Shown: piece by piece, positions 1 to 9,044 of the stretch | How positions within the stretch are numbered: the stretch's first letter is position 1 | How the letters are laid out: each line of letters begins with the position of its first letter | Virus record (IMG/VR): IMGVR_UViG_3300011334_000232 | Location: 1-34,984 of that record | DNA: 34,984 bases | Direction: 5' to 3' (one strand) | DNA from: a virus | Lineage: Duplodnaviria > Caudoviricetes | Program-made: the position numbers and the translations under genes | Notes under the pieces: model-generated | Database searches by the model: none | What the model was told of the DNA's origin: nothing | What the model saw: the letters and a program-made list of their open reading frames with translations, nothing else

Positions 1-604
1 TTCCAATGCGCGTGTATCGGCCTGTTGCGGTGACGGGTACTGTAGGCGGGGTGGTTGCAGTCAGCGTTCCCGTCCATGTCCCTACTTCATACCAGTTCAG
101 CAATTCGCTGGTCATGCCTGCCGCGTGGCTGTTCGCGCTGAAGTCAATGCCTTTGCCAGCAGTGCCGATTACGATGTTGCCGCCATTAACTTTAAAATTG
201 CCCGAACCATCGTCTAGCAAAAGGCTAGTACCAACGCCGACCTTGAACAACGAAAGCCCAACATTGCCGACGTTATTTTGCCCTGCGACAAACGCATAAT
301 CTTCGCCGCCTGCGCCCGTGTTCTTAATCCGCACACGAGCACTAGACTGATCGTTTCCGCGTGCTGTGATTGTGTATGACTTATTGCTGGAGTCCACCAA
401 AAGAAAACCAACATTTTCATCTGCCGTAGTACCGATAGCTGAAGCAGCAGTGGCTGTAAGCGAACTAGCAGCAACGGCGCGGCCAGCAGTCAAGTCAGCC
501 ACAGACACTTTTACCGTTGCGCCACTTTGAACGATTGGCAAAACTTCAGTGCCTGCAAGCGGTGTCGCAGCTCCAGTTAAAGCAGATATTTTTTTGTCGG
601 CCAT
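1..604 (-). CDS. Tail fibre/tail-associated protein, truncated at window edge (not in ORF track)
   Basis: Manual translation from ATG 604 (TGATG overlap with upstream stop): MADKKISALTGAATPLAGTEVLPIVQSG...LLNWYEVGTWTGTL...GRYTRIG, open to position 1. The 'YE-GTW-...YT(K/R)IG' motif is typical of phage tail fibre C-terminal modules. Confidence 0.8.
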   Translation of the reverse strand, partial: MADKKISALTGAATPLAGTEVLPIVQSGATVKVSVADLTAGRAVAASSLTATAASAIGTTADENVGFLLVDSSNKSYTITARGNDQSSARVRIKNTGAGGEDYAFVAGQNNVGNVGLSLFKVGVGTSLLLDDGSGNFKVNGGNIVIGTAGKGIDFSANSHAAGMTSELLNWYEVGTWTGTLTATTPPTVPVTATGRYTRIG

Positions 605-2586
605 CAGATAAATCCTTTAACTTTCCAATAGATCGTAGATGCTGAACTGTTAAAGGCGTTAATGCCTCGCAGCACCATTTGCGTTGTGGTAATGCTATCT
701 AAGACCGCCGCTACCGTTCCACTGCCAGAGCCGCTGGTTAGCGTTACATCGTGTGCGTCTGGGACAAACTGCCACGGAGCATCAAACGTGACTGTCACGG
801 TGTCTGATAGATACAGCGCAGCGCCGTATGTAGTGTAACCTGTAGACGGGGTTACCGCTGATCCAGATTGTTCTGAAAGCGCGACAGGCACGTTGACCGC
901 GCCGCTTTGGTCAACACAGGGAAATACACCAAAATATGTATTAAGACCAATTTGTCCGTTAGTTGGGCTAGTCAGGCTTATGCCCACCGAAGTTGCACCT
1001 GCGCCTTTGATCGTGTTGCCTGAGAATATAAATGTGTCGAGGTTCTGGAACCCGATGCCGACAGTGTTGGGTGTGTAGTTGGCCCAGAGTTCAATCACGT
1101 TTCCTGTGATGGAAACATCAGAAAGCCAGTTATTGCTGTCGCTCAGAATAGCTGCGCCTGTAAGCGCAATCTCATTTCCGGTTATAGTGATTAGCTTAAA
1201 GGTAGCAGTACCGCTTGCCCTTGTGAGCGAGATGGCGCAGGTGTCCATTAACTCAAACGAACTGTTGCTAATCAGCAGATTGGAACTGGTAGTCCCTGTC
1301 CAAGCCATGCGGTAGCCATAGCTTGCGCCTAAAAATTTACATGCAGTAATCTTCAAGCCACCGCTTGCTACTTGAAGAATGCCTGTGTTGCCGGAACTAA
1401 CAGGGTCTGTTTCAAACAAACAATCCGTAATGCAGCCGTCGCCAGAGTCCGAATTATATATGTTGTTAACTTTAACCCCCGCAACGCGGTAGTCGATGAA
1501 GTTGCAGTTAATCACTTTCCAAAAGCTGGCGGATTTAAAATCAATCCCAGTCGCAAAATTTCTGAATGTGACGTTATCAAAAGTAGATGTTTGGTTTTCT
1601 TGCTGAACCGTGCTGACAATCGGCGCAGTGACTTCAATGCACGCGCCGACGGTTTTGCCAGTAACGGCAGTCATGGCAAAATCACGGAATACAAGCGCCT
1701 TATTATCCTCAGTATCTTGGCTGTTCAGCCATAGGGCGTCGAACACCATCAGCGCATCGCTTGAAGTGTCTGTAGAGTGCAAAACCGTTAGTGTTGGGCC
1801 GTCGCCAACAATCCCGCCAGCCGTTACACTGCTCGTAAATTTGGTGAACAAATAAACGCCAGCAGGATAATAAATGAGATTTCCCGTGGCGTGCGCGGCT
1901 TCCATAGCTGCCGTGTCGTTTGTTACGCCATCACCAACAGCGCCAAAGTCCTTGATTGAAACGGTTTGCGCTAACTTGTCTTCGACGCTGGTTCCCACGC
2001 TACCTGTAAACGGTGGTTCATAGCTGACAATGGATGCGTCTACAGCGCCTGTGGTTGTCTGGATTGCTGTGGTGAACTTGACTTCGCCGCCAACGTGTAC
2101 GCCAGACGTGAACGTGACAGTGTCGCTGTCCGTTTCCAGATAGCTGTCGCCTACATACTGGTTTACGCCGTCAATGTAGACGGTCAACGAGTTTGTGCCG
2201 GGCGTGTAATTGATCGTCGATAGGTTGAACACAGTCTGGCCGGCGGTGGCCGTGATGACTTCTTCTTGGATCGTGTAGTTGACGAAGTTGGAGTTGACGC
2301 CAGTGATGTTATCGTAAGTGCCGAGCAGGATGCTGGTGGCAGTTTCGATGACAAACTTATAGACCAGACCGTCAGTCAGCCAAATCTCACCGCCCGGTAC
2401 GCGCCCTGCGCTGTCCAGAATGATAGGGTTTGCGTGCGGCGTAACGCCAGACGCGCTGGTGTATGTCGCTTGCGGCGTAGTTGTGCCGGCAGCATAAGTG
2501 TAAATCTTGCCGCCTGACAGAATAACACCGTTATTGTCAAAAAATTGTGCTGCAAAACCGCCAATGGGTGAGGGGGTTACTGACAT
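604..2586 (-). CDS. Tailspike with pectate-lyase-like right-handed beta-helix (putative depolymerase)
   Basis: 660 aa. N-terminal 'QFFDNNG..LSGGKIYTYAAGTTTP...NPIILDSAGR' virion-attachment domain, 'SIKDFGAVGDGVTNDTAA' Pectate_lyase_3-type motif, repeated 'ITGN-I' beta-helix rungs. Confidence 0.85.
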   Translation of the reverse strand: MSVTPSPIGGFAAQFFDNNGVILSGGKIYTYAAGTTTPQATYTSASGVTPHANPIILDSAGRVPGGEIWLTDGLVYKFVIETATSILLGTYDNITGVNSNFVNYTIQEEVITATAGQTVFNLSTINYTPGTNSLTVYIDGVNQYVGDSYLETDSDTVTFTSGVHVGGEVKFTTAIQTTTGAVDASIVSYEPPFTGSVGTSVEDKLAQTVSIKDFGAVGDGVTNDTAAMEAAHATGNLIYYPAGVYLFTKFTSSVTAGGIVGDGPTLTVLHSTDTSSDALMVFDALWLNSQDTEDNKALVFRDFAMTAVTGKTVGACIEVTAPIVSTVQQENQTSTFDNVTFRNFATGIDFKSASFWKVINCNFIDYRVAGVKVNNIYNSDSGDGCITDCLFETDPVSSGNTGILQVASGGLKITACKFLGASYGYRMAWTGTTSSNLLISNSSFELMDTCAISLTRASGTATFKLITITGNEIALTGAAILSDSNNWLSDVSITGNVIELWANYTPNTVGIGFQNLDTFIFSGNTIKGAGATSVGISLTSPTNGQIGLNTYFGVFPCVDQSGAVNVPVALSEQSGSAVTPSTGYTTYGAALYLSDTVTVTFDAPWQFVPDAHDVTLTSGSGSGTVAAVLDSITTTQMVLRGINAFNSSASTIYWKVKGFI

Positions 2587-2590
2587 CTAA

Positions 2591-2752
2591 TTACTCCAGC
2601 AGCAACAATCCGCCGTCCTCTTGGACGAGGTTGTCACCTATTTCAGTTAGCAGATTGCCTTGCACGGTCGCGTCAGCGTAGCCAGACAGGAAGCTAATAA
2701 TGCTTCCCAAGCCTAAAGCGATACCGTTACGGAGCGCGCCGCCAAAACCCAT
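2591..2752 (-). CDS. Small putative virion/tail-associated protein, 53 aa (not in ORF track)
   Basis: Manual translation MGFGGALRNGIALGLGSIISFLSGYADATVQGNLLTEIGDNLVQEDGGLLLLE*; fills the gap between neighbours tightly. Confidence 0.75.
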   Translation of the reverse strand: MGFGGALRNGIALGLGSIISFLSGYADATVQGNLLTEIGDNLVQEDGGLLLLE

Positions 2753-2755
2753 CTA

Positions 2756-3061
2756 TCAGTTCCGGTTGATTGGCTTGGCGTAAACGGTGCCGCCTGTTGA
2801 CACTTGGATCGCGCTCACGCGCCACGGTGCGCCAGTGGTGTTGGTTGGCAACACGAAAGGGATCGGCGTGAACGGTGGGATTGGCGTGCTGGCCGTCGTA
2901 GCGACAGCGCCGACGCCGACTTCGACGTAGCAAGCCTGATCCGACCAGACCACAACGCCCTGCGCGCCGGGCGCCCATGCGGACGTGTTACCAGCGGTGC
3001 CAGTGTAGGCTACGCTGTACGCAGGATAATCAGCTTTGCTTAGTGGGTTTAACAGTTCCAT
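2756..3061 (-). CDS. Hypothetical structural protein
   Basis: 101 aa, beta-rich A/G/T/V composition, AAGGA RBS, within the late operon. Confidence 0.7.
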   Translation of the reverse strand: MELLNPLSKADYPAYSVAYTGTAGNTSAWAPGAQGVVVWSDQACYVEVGVGAVATTASTPIPPFTPIPFVLPTNTTGAPWRVSAIQVSTGGTVYAKPINRN

Positions 3062-3070
3062 AGCGCGTCC

Positions 3071-3433
3071 TTATGCGAGAAATTTCAGTTTATACAGCGT
3101 GCTGTAATACAGGCCAAAAATCTCGTCGATAATGTTTTGGATTGGGGTGCAATCCTTATCGACGACTTTATACCGCATTTCCATCAGTTCGTCTACTTGA
3201 CCTTCAAGAAACTCGACAATGTTGTTGGTTTTCTTAGCCGACATAAGCGAAATAGGGCCAATTAGGCCATATTTGCCCTGATAGGCTTCGGCAAATTTGT
3301 CCGCCAGTTCGATCACTTCGTCGTAAAACTCGTTCAAAGCGGAGTGCTTCGCAAAGCTGCGTGTGTTCAGATGCGTCGAATGGGCTACGTCGCGTGCCAA
3401 AAACAGTGTTCCTACAAAATCAGCGCAACTCAT
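3071..3433 (-). CDS. Dps/ferritin-like four-helix protein (DUF5856-like)
   Basis: AHSTHLNTRSFAKHSALNEFYDEVIELADKFAEAYQG resembles the Dps H..HWN...LH..F.E.Y......D..AE ferroxidase pattern. Confidence 0.65.
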   Translation of the reverse strand: MSCADFVGTLFLARDVAHSTHLNTRSFAKHSALNEFYDEVIELADKFAEAYQGKYGLIGPISLMSAKKTNNIVEFLEGQVDELMEMRYKVVDKDCTPIQNIIDEIFGLYYSTLYKLKFLA

Positions 3434-5721
3434 TACATCATTCCTTCAGGCGATTGGCCGGGTTCTTCTGGCGGTGCCATTGCTTCTTCCATACCCATTT
3501 CTGGCATTGGCTGCGGCTCTTCCATGCCCATTTCAGGCATTGGTGGCTGCTGGGGCTGCATCATCTCTTCGTCCATCTCAGGCTGCTCACGCATTTCAGG
3601 TGCGCCGCCGATCAGGTCGCCTGTGTCCATCGCGGCAGCGATTGTACCCATGACGATGTCTTGGATTTGCTCAGGTGACATACTGTTCTGGACAGCCGAA
3701 ATGCGCTTCGTTTCGGCGTCGTAGGCGTCTACCTGTGCCTTGTACTCCTTAATGTCCACTTCGCGCTGCGCGACGCTGTCCTGAACATTCTGGATGATGT
3801 CTGTCATCCGGTTCAGTTCTTGCGTCATGGCTTCCATCTGCTGCTGTGCGGCCATCATCTCAGGCGACTGATCGCCTTCCGACAATACCTTTGGATCAAG
3901 AATTTTCTTGAACCGCTCCGCCATTTCTTGCGCGCCGGGCCAATCCATGTTCTTGATGAACAGATCGCCTGCAACAGACCAAAGTGCTGGGTTGGACTGC
4001 AAAATCTGGCTCATGGCGTCGAGGGCTTCTTGACGTTTCGTCATGTAGCCGGGGCCAGTTGTGACCATGACGTCGTAAGTACCAACGCCGGGGTTGTAGA
4101 CCTTTTCGATCAACGCACCCATTTCGTCGCGGATTTCCTTGACAGGCTCTTTCTGCGTTGGGTTGAACTTGACCATGTCAACGTCACCGTCAACGCCGAT
4201 GATGCGTGCAATGCGCTGCGTGTCGTAAATCTTCGGTATCAGGTCTACGATCTGGCGTGTAATGTGCCGGATGGCGCGCGCAAGGTTGTCTACGTAGTGA
4301 TACGTACCGACATCGCCCTGCTTTTCACGCGCTACAATGGCCTTGGCCGACCGTTCGTTGCCTTGTTGGCCCAGCGAGGCGTCATACTGGCCTGTGGTGG
4401 CCTTAATGTCCTCGCCAGCGCCCATTTTAGCCTGTATCAGACCTGTTTGGGGTAGCGGGGGTGCTGCACGCTGTGGAAGCGGCAAAACGGCTCCAGCGCC
4501 GTCTGTAACGTCTGGATTGACTTCCAGATACGGCCAGTTGGTCGTATTGGCAGTCTTCCACTGCATTTCGTAGCCTTCGAACTGGCCGCCGTAGCCGATA
4601 AACGGTGCTTTCGGTGCCAGCGCTAGCATTTCTGCTTCTTGGCTGGTCCAGTAGTTGTACATACGCTGGGCGTCCTTGGCGTTACGCACAAGGCCAGAGA
4701 TGTACAGCTTGCCTTCGACTTCCCATTCGTTACCAACAACGCGCACGACGGGTATCCACTTGCCGGGCCATTCGCGTTCGTCGAGGATGTCAAACCCGTT
4801 GGTCTTCATCCACATGACCTTTTGGCGGTCTACTTCGCGTGAGCGAATAGGCTTACCAAACATCATCTGCAAATTGGCGTCTTGCGGTGTGCCTTTGAAA
4901 GCTGTCTGATTGTCTGGATACAGGTTCAGCGTAGCTTTTTCATACGACTTGTAGAAGTATTCCGCGATGCGGATGGTGTCTTCAGCCAGCCATTGCGCCA
5001 TGCTTTCGTTGCCAACGCCCTGCGACATGATGGTCGAGACAGGCGATGCGTCTGGGAACATACGCTCATAGTCGGAAATCAAGATGTCTTCGGTGACAAA
5101 GCACCATTCAGCGTCTGCGCCGCATGGGTCTTGGATCGTTGGGTCCATGTAGACGCTGAATGCGTTGCGGACACGCGCAATGCGGATGTCTTGGTCAAAA
5201 CTCTCTTCGTTGCAATACTCAGTCAACAGGCGGATGTAGCCTTCGCCGTAGGTGACTTGGTTGTCGCAGGCGGTGTCATAGGCAACGTCAGCATCTGACA
5301 TATACTCGATGTGGCGCACCACACCGTTGAAAATCTCTGCTACCTGCACGTCGGCGTTGTCGTCGGCTGGGATGACCTTGCCGCTAGGGCGGTTTTGACG
5401 CTGTTCGTTGGTTACCTGACGGACGTGCTGCGGCAATTTGTTAATCGTCAAGCATGGACGTGCGTTAATTGTCTGCCCTTGGACACTTCCGCGGGTCGCT
5501 AGAACGTCAGCAGGCCACTGCCACTGGTTGTCAGGGCTACCGGCCATGAACCGCAGGTCGTCCAGTTCGTCTTCACGGCTGTCAGAGTACGCAGCCTGCG
5601 CCATTTGCAGGCGCGACCGCATGGTTGCCATCTTGTCATGGTCGTCGCCGGTCGTTTTCGGCGGGTTAGAGCCTACGTTGGCGACTTTGCCTGCTGTGTT
5701 GATGCCTGTAGGGTCGGCCAT
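3433..5721 (-). CDS. P22-like portal protein
   Basis: 762 aa; 'DLRF..G..QW', 'RPCLTINKL', 'GLVRNAKDAQRMYNYW', 'GTYDV.V.TGP.Y.TKRQE' motifs; downstream of the terminase. Confidence 0.93.
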   Translation of the reverse strand: MADPTGINTAGKVANVGSNPPKTTGDDHDKMATMRSRLQMAQAAYSDSREDELDDLRFMAGSPDNQWQWPADVLATRGSVQGQTINARPCLTINKLPQHVRQVTNEQRQNRPSGKVIPADDNADVQVAEIFNGVVRHIEYMSDADVAYDTACDNQVTYGEGYIRLLTEYCNEESFDQDIRIARVRNAFSVYMDPTIQDPCGADAEWCFVTEDILISDYERMFPDASPVSTIMSQGVGNESMAQWLAEDTIRIAEYFYKSYEKATLNLYPDNQTAFKGTPQDANLQMMFGKPIRSREVDRQKVMWMKTNGFDILDEREWPGKWIPVVRVVGNEWEVEGKLYISGLVRNAKDAQRMYNYWTSQEAEMLALAPKAPFIGYGGQFEGYEMQWKTANTTNWPYLEVNPDVTDGAGAVLPLPQRAAPPLPQTGLIQAKMGAGEDIKATTGQYDASLGQQGNERSAKAIVAREKQGDVGTYHYVDNLARAIRHITRQIVDLIPKIYDTQRIARIIGVDGDVDMVKFNPTQKEPVKEIRDEMGALIEKVYNPGVGTYDVMVTTGPGYMTKRQEALDAMSQILQSNPALWSVAGDLFIKNMDWPGAQEMAERFKKILDPKVLSEGDQSPEMMAAQQQMEAMTQELNRMTDIIQNVQDSVAQREVDIKEYKAQVDAYDAETKRISAVQNSMSPEQIQDIVMGTIAAAMDTGDLIGGAPEMREQPEMDEEMMQPQQPPMPEMGMEEPQPMPEMGMEEAMAPPEEPGQSPEGMM

Positions 5722-5724
5722 GTG

Positions 5725-5865
5725 CTATTTCTTGCCCTTCTTGGCGGCTTCCCGCTTGACGCTGTAGGCAATAGCTACAGCTTGCTTGACAGGCTTGCCA
5801 GCATTTACTTCCGCCTTGATGTTCTTACGAAACGCGGCTTTACCTGTCGATTTGACCAACGGCAT
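5725..5865 (-). CDS. Small Lys-rich basic protein, 46 aa (not in ORF track)
   Basis: Manual translation MPLVKSTGKAAFRKNIKAEVNAGKPVKQAVAIAYSVKREAAKKGKK*; the 'KQAVAIA' motif recurs in small phage proteins near portal genes. Confidence 0.8.
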   Translation of the reverse strand: MPLVKSTGKAAFRKNIKAEVNAGKPVKQAVAIAYSVKREAAKKGKK

Positions 5866-5866
5866 T

Positions 5867-6160
5867 TTAGCGTTTCTTGCCCGTTGGCGTTGGCTTCATC
5901 ATCGTCGTTGTACGAATGACTTGTGGTGCTTTTGGCATTGGTTTAGGCTTTGGTGCAGCCTTTGGAGCCATCATTTTAGATGCGGCTGCTGGGCGACCGC
6001 CGCTAGGATTTGTCGTGCCTTCGCGCATGTCAGGCTTAGGCTTCACATACTTGGCAGCAGCAGCGGCGTTTCTTTGAGCGCCTATTTCGCCAGCCATATC
6101 GCCTGCTTTGTAGAGAGCTTTGCTTTTAACGCCGTAAATATTTTTTTTACCTGATGGCAT
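5867..6160 (-). CDS. Lys/Pro/Ala-rich basic protein
   Basis: 97 aa low-complexity basic ORF packed end-to-end with its neighbours. Confidence 0.7.
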   Translation of the reverse strand: MPSGKKNIYGVKSKALYKAGDMAGEIGAQRNAAAAAKYVKPKPDMREGTTNPSGGRPAAASKMMAPKAAPKPKPMPKAPQVIRTTTMMKPTPTGKKR

Positions 6161-6319
6161 TTACTTACCTTTCTTAGCGGTTTTGGCGCTCTCTTTGAAC
6201 GCTTTGGCTGTTGGTGCGCCTTTAGCGCCGGGTTTACGCATTTTTTCGCCTGATCCGGCAGCAATACGCGCCTTTTTGGCGTGAATGTTTGCGTACAGAC
6301 CTTTTTTAGCGTCCGCCAT
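6161..6319 (-). CDS. Small Lys-rich basic protein, 52 aa (not in ORF track)
   Basis: Manual translation MADAKKGLYANIHAKKARIAAGSGEKMRKPGAKGAPTAKAFKESAKTAKKGK*; starts 2 nt after the terL stop. Confidence 0.8.
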   Translation of the reverse strand: MADAKKGLYANIHAKKARIAAGSGEKMRKPGAKGAPTAKAFKESAKTAKKGK

Positions 6320-6321
6320 GC

Positions 6322-7848
6322 CTAAGAGCCCATCCAACTTGTAGAAATTCCTTGTGGAGAATAACTGCTCATGCGTCGCTTGTCAACGCGTGCTTCGCGG
6401 TGTGCGATAGGAAATGCAAATGTAACCGCGATGGCGTCCGCAGCGTCTGGTGAGGCCAGCCCGCGCGACTTCATGTCCTTCTTGCTTTCGAGGAATATCG
6501 TCCCCTTGCTGTCAGGTTTTATCTTCGGGCTTATCAGGTCCGTTTTCAGGAACCTGTCGTTGGGTATGTGCGCCGTTTTCAGCCAATCCCGCATGGCGCC
6601 CCACATCTCAGCGCGCTTGTTGCCGTACATAAGCTGTTTCATGGCTTTATTGCCAAAGTTCACGCCGCGTATCTTGTACCGCTGCTCTTTCAGCCGGTCT
6701 ACGATGCCTGCGCCTAGCCCGCCTTCGTCGATGACGACCAGCGCAGGCTTGTATTCCTCTATCGCTTCAATGACATGGCCGACCACTTCCATAGTGTCAG
6801 CGCCTTTCAACCGCTTGATGGCGATGAGATCGCGGCCCTGCCGCACAGCGATGACGGTGGCGTCAGCGCCAAAGCGCGCAGGGTCAACACCGATAGCGAT
6901 GGGCGCCGTTTCGTCCTTATACTTGGGCCGTGCCATTGCATCGTCCACCAGATTGACGCCGATGAACTGATCGTCGCCTTCGCTGGGGAATTTACCGAAG
7001 ACTTCGACGTGCGCTTGGTAGCTGTCAGGCCCATATTCGTCGATGATGCGCTGGTACAGGTTTTTATCTGTACCCTCGACTTCACGCGCGTCGATGTTGC
7101 GCGTCTGCCAGAACGCCCGCTTGCTGTGGAATGTCTCGTAGAAATAACCCGTGTTGCGGCGCGGGTTGGAAAAGGCAACATGAAAGCGGTGCGGCGTGTT
7201 CTCTGTGAAGAAACCATCAGACACTGACCATATGGAGTCTGGAATACCGCTGGCTTCGTCGAAGATCAGCAGCACACCGTCTTCGTTGTGCAAACCTGCG
7301 TATGCGTCAGGGTTTTCTTCCGACCATAAACGCCCTTCGACCGACCAATAGCGCGTACCTTTTTTGAGTTCACGTTCTACAATCTCAGTTAGCCATTTGG
7401 CGGGCATAATACGGGTAGCCGCAATCTCATACCAATGGCTGTTAATAGCCATCGCCAACCACTTTGTGATTTCCGCCCATGTAACTGAACGTAACTGCGC
7501 TTCGGAGTTGGCCGAAACAATCACAGACCCACCTATGCGTGTGGACATCATCCAGATAACTAACCAACTGACCAGCGCCGACTTGCCGATACCGCGTCCG
7601 GATGCGACGGCAAGACGAAACGTATCGTAATCTATCTTACCGTTGTTCTGCTCAATATGGTCACGTATGGAACCTAGCACTTCACGCTGCCATCGGCGTG
7701 GGCCGGCGTGTTTTTCTAGTGGCGTGCCGGGTTCGCCCCACGGAAACGCAAGAAGCACAAACGCCAGCGGATCATCTTTAATCGCCGGCGTCCACAAACG
7801 AGCCATAAGCTCGACTTCGTCGCCTGCGCTGTATCTAGGTGCCTGCAT
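6322..7848 (-). CDS. terL: Terminase large subunit
   Basis: Walker A 'SGRGIGKS', Walker B 'LLIFDEAS', coupling motif 'FSNP', nuclease 'IGVDPARFGAD' and 'SPDAADA'. Confidence 0.95.
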   Translation of the reverse strand: MQAPRYSAGDEVELMARLWTPAIKDDPLAFVLLAFPWGEPGTPLEKHAGPRRWQREVLGSIRDHIEQNNGKIDYDTFRLAVASGRGIGKSALVSWLVIWMMSTRIGGSVIVSANSEAQLRSVTWAEITKWLAMAINSHWYEIAATRIMPAKWLTEIVERELKKGTRYWSVEGRLWSEENPDAYAGLHNEDGVLLIFDEASGIPDSIWSVSDGFFTENTPHRFHVAFSNPRRNTGYFYETFHSKRAFWQTRNIDAREVEGTDKNLYQRIIDEYGPDSYQAHVEVFGKFPSEGDDQFIGVNLVDDAMARPKYKDETAPIAIGVDPARFGADATVIAVRQGRDLIAIKRLKGADTMEVVGHVIEAIEEYKPALVVIDEGGLGAGIVDRLKEQRYKIRGVNFGNKAMKQLMYGNKRAEMWGAMRDWLKTAHIPNDRFLKTDLISPKIKPDSKGTIFLESKKDMKSRGLASPDAADAIAVTFAFPIAHREARVDKRRMSSYSPQGISTSWMGS

Positions 7849-8347
7849 TATTTTTCCTAAAAGGTTGGTGCGATGCTTCAGCGGCTTTGCGAGCCAACAC
7901 GGCGTCTTGCTTTGTGTCGTAAAGGCCTAATGTGCGCTGCTTACCGTTAGTTTTAATATCCGCCCGCCAGCGGCCAGATCGTTTATGAAAGCTGACACCC
8001 ATACATCCGCTAGTATTATGTGCAGGTAAATTTCGGTTTTGGTGGTTTTGTGCGCGCGTTACCGCCCGCAAATTAACAAGCCGATTGTCGCACCTAAGTC
8101 GATTAATATGGTCTATTTCGGCGGGCGGCCAAACTCCGTAAATGTACATCCATACTAAACGATGGGCTTTATAGTTATAGCCGTCTACCCTAAGTTGAAC
8201 GTAGTTCAAACCGTTGGAATTGCCAGCGTTGTCACCTGCGCGAACGCGTCCGCGGCTAACACGCCAGCGAAATTCGCCAGTGTCAGGGTTATATGTCAGT
8301 AGACTTTTCAGTCTGTCTTGCGTTATTAAGTTCGTAGCCATTAACAA
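7835..8347 (-). mobile_element. Free-standing HNH endonuclease with C-terminal AP2 DNA-binding domain
   Basis: 'YKAHRLVW...EIDHINRLRCDNRLVNLR' HNH motif; 'NTSG..GVSFHKRSGRWRADI....LGLYDT...A..AR' AP2 motif; sits between terS and terL. Confidence 0.9.
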
Positions 8348-8795
8348 TCTCCGTTTGTTGATCGGTCAGGAGCGTGGGGGGCGCGTCAACGCTCTCCACT
8401 TCCGTATACAGCCCTTGTATAACACGCGACTGCGCTTTTTCCAACGCAGCAATTACGCTGATCTGGCCTTCAATAGTAATCTCTACAGACTGTGCAGCTT
8501 TCCATCCATGTTGATGTCGCAAGATTTCCAACGCAGCCTTGCTGTCGCCATCGCGCGCCGCTTCGTACATCGTCTTAGCCGCTGTGTATTCGCCGTCGCT
8601 GCGACCTTTGATCTCAGCCATCTCTACCAGCGGGTCAGCGTCGGCCAACACGCGGAACTGCCGCGGGGTTAGACCTGCGGCCATCGCAAGACTGTCACCC
8701 TTGAGGCCGTAGCGAGCAGCTTCATAGATTGCCTCTAGCCGCGCCTCGGTGGCTTGCGTCCGTTCTGGTGTGAATGGCAGTGAATAGAAAGTCAT
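8289..8795 (-). CDS. terS: Terminase small subunit (putative)
   Basis: 168 aa, helical HTH-like N-terminus, 'AARDGDSKAALEILRHQHGW' motif, first gene of the packaging operon. Confidence 0.7.
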   Translation of the reverse strand: MTFYSLPFTPERTQATEARLEAIYEAARYGLKGDSLAMAAGLTPRQFRVLADADPLVEMAEIKGRSDGEYTAAKTMYEAARDGDSKAALEILRHQHGWKAAQSVEITIEGQISVIAALEKAQSRVIQGLYTEVESVDAPPTLLTDQQTEIVNGYELNNARQTEKSTDI

Positions 8796-8803
8796 TGGGC
8801 CGC

Positions 8804-8832
8804 ATACTAATCGAGTTGTGGTCGGTATGCAA
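8804..8832 (-). promoter_or_regulatory. Sigma70-type promoter for terS (near-leaderless)
   Basis: TTGCAT(8832-8827)-17 nt-TAGTAT(8809-8804), 8 nt before ATG 8795; no SD. Confidence 0.6.
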
Positions 8833-9044
8833 CAGGCTTTGGTGCAGTGAGATTTTGAAAAAATAAAAATTGTTTGCGATAGGTGCCCGTGACAGTCACG
8901 CGGCCCAAGGCCCCACCCCTCCCCCCTCCAGCCAGCCGCAAAAAGCGTTCCAATTTAGCGTGCAGATTTCAGCTTGGCCTTTTGGCTTTACGTTAACGTC
9001 AACGTAAAGAAAAACACATCGGCTAGCTATGCTGCACTGCAACA

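Noticed and set aside
1-2586. Diversity-generating retroelement acting on tail fibres
   Set aside because: No reverse transcriptase and no template/variable repeat pair seen.
3484-3543. Tandem PMPEMGMEE repeat in the portal tail
   Set aside because: Simple duplication in a low-complexity disordered C-terminus; common.
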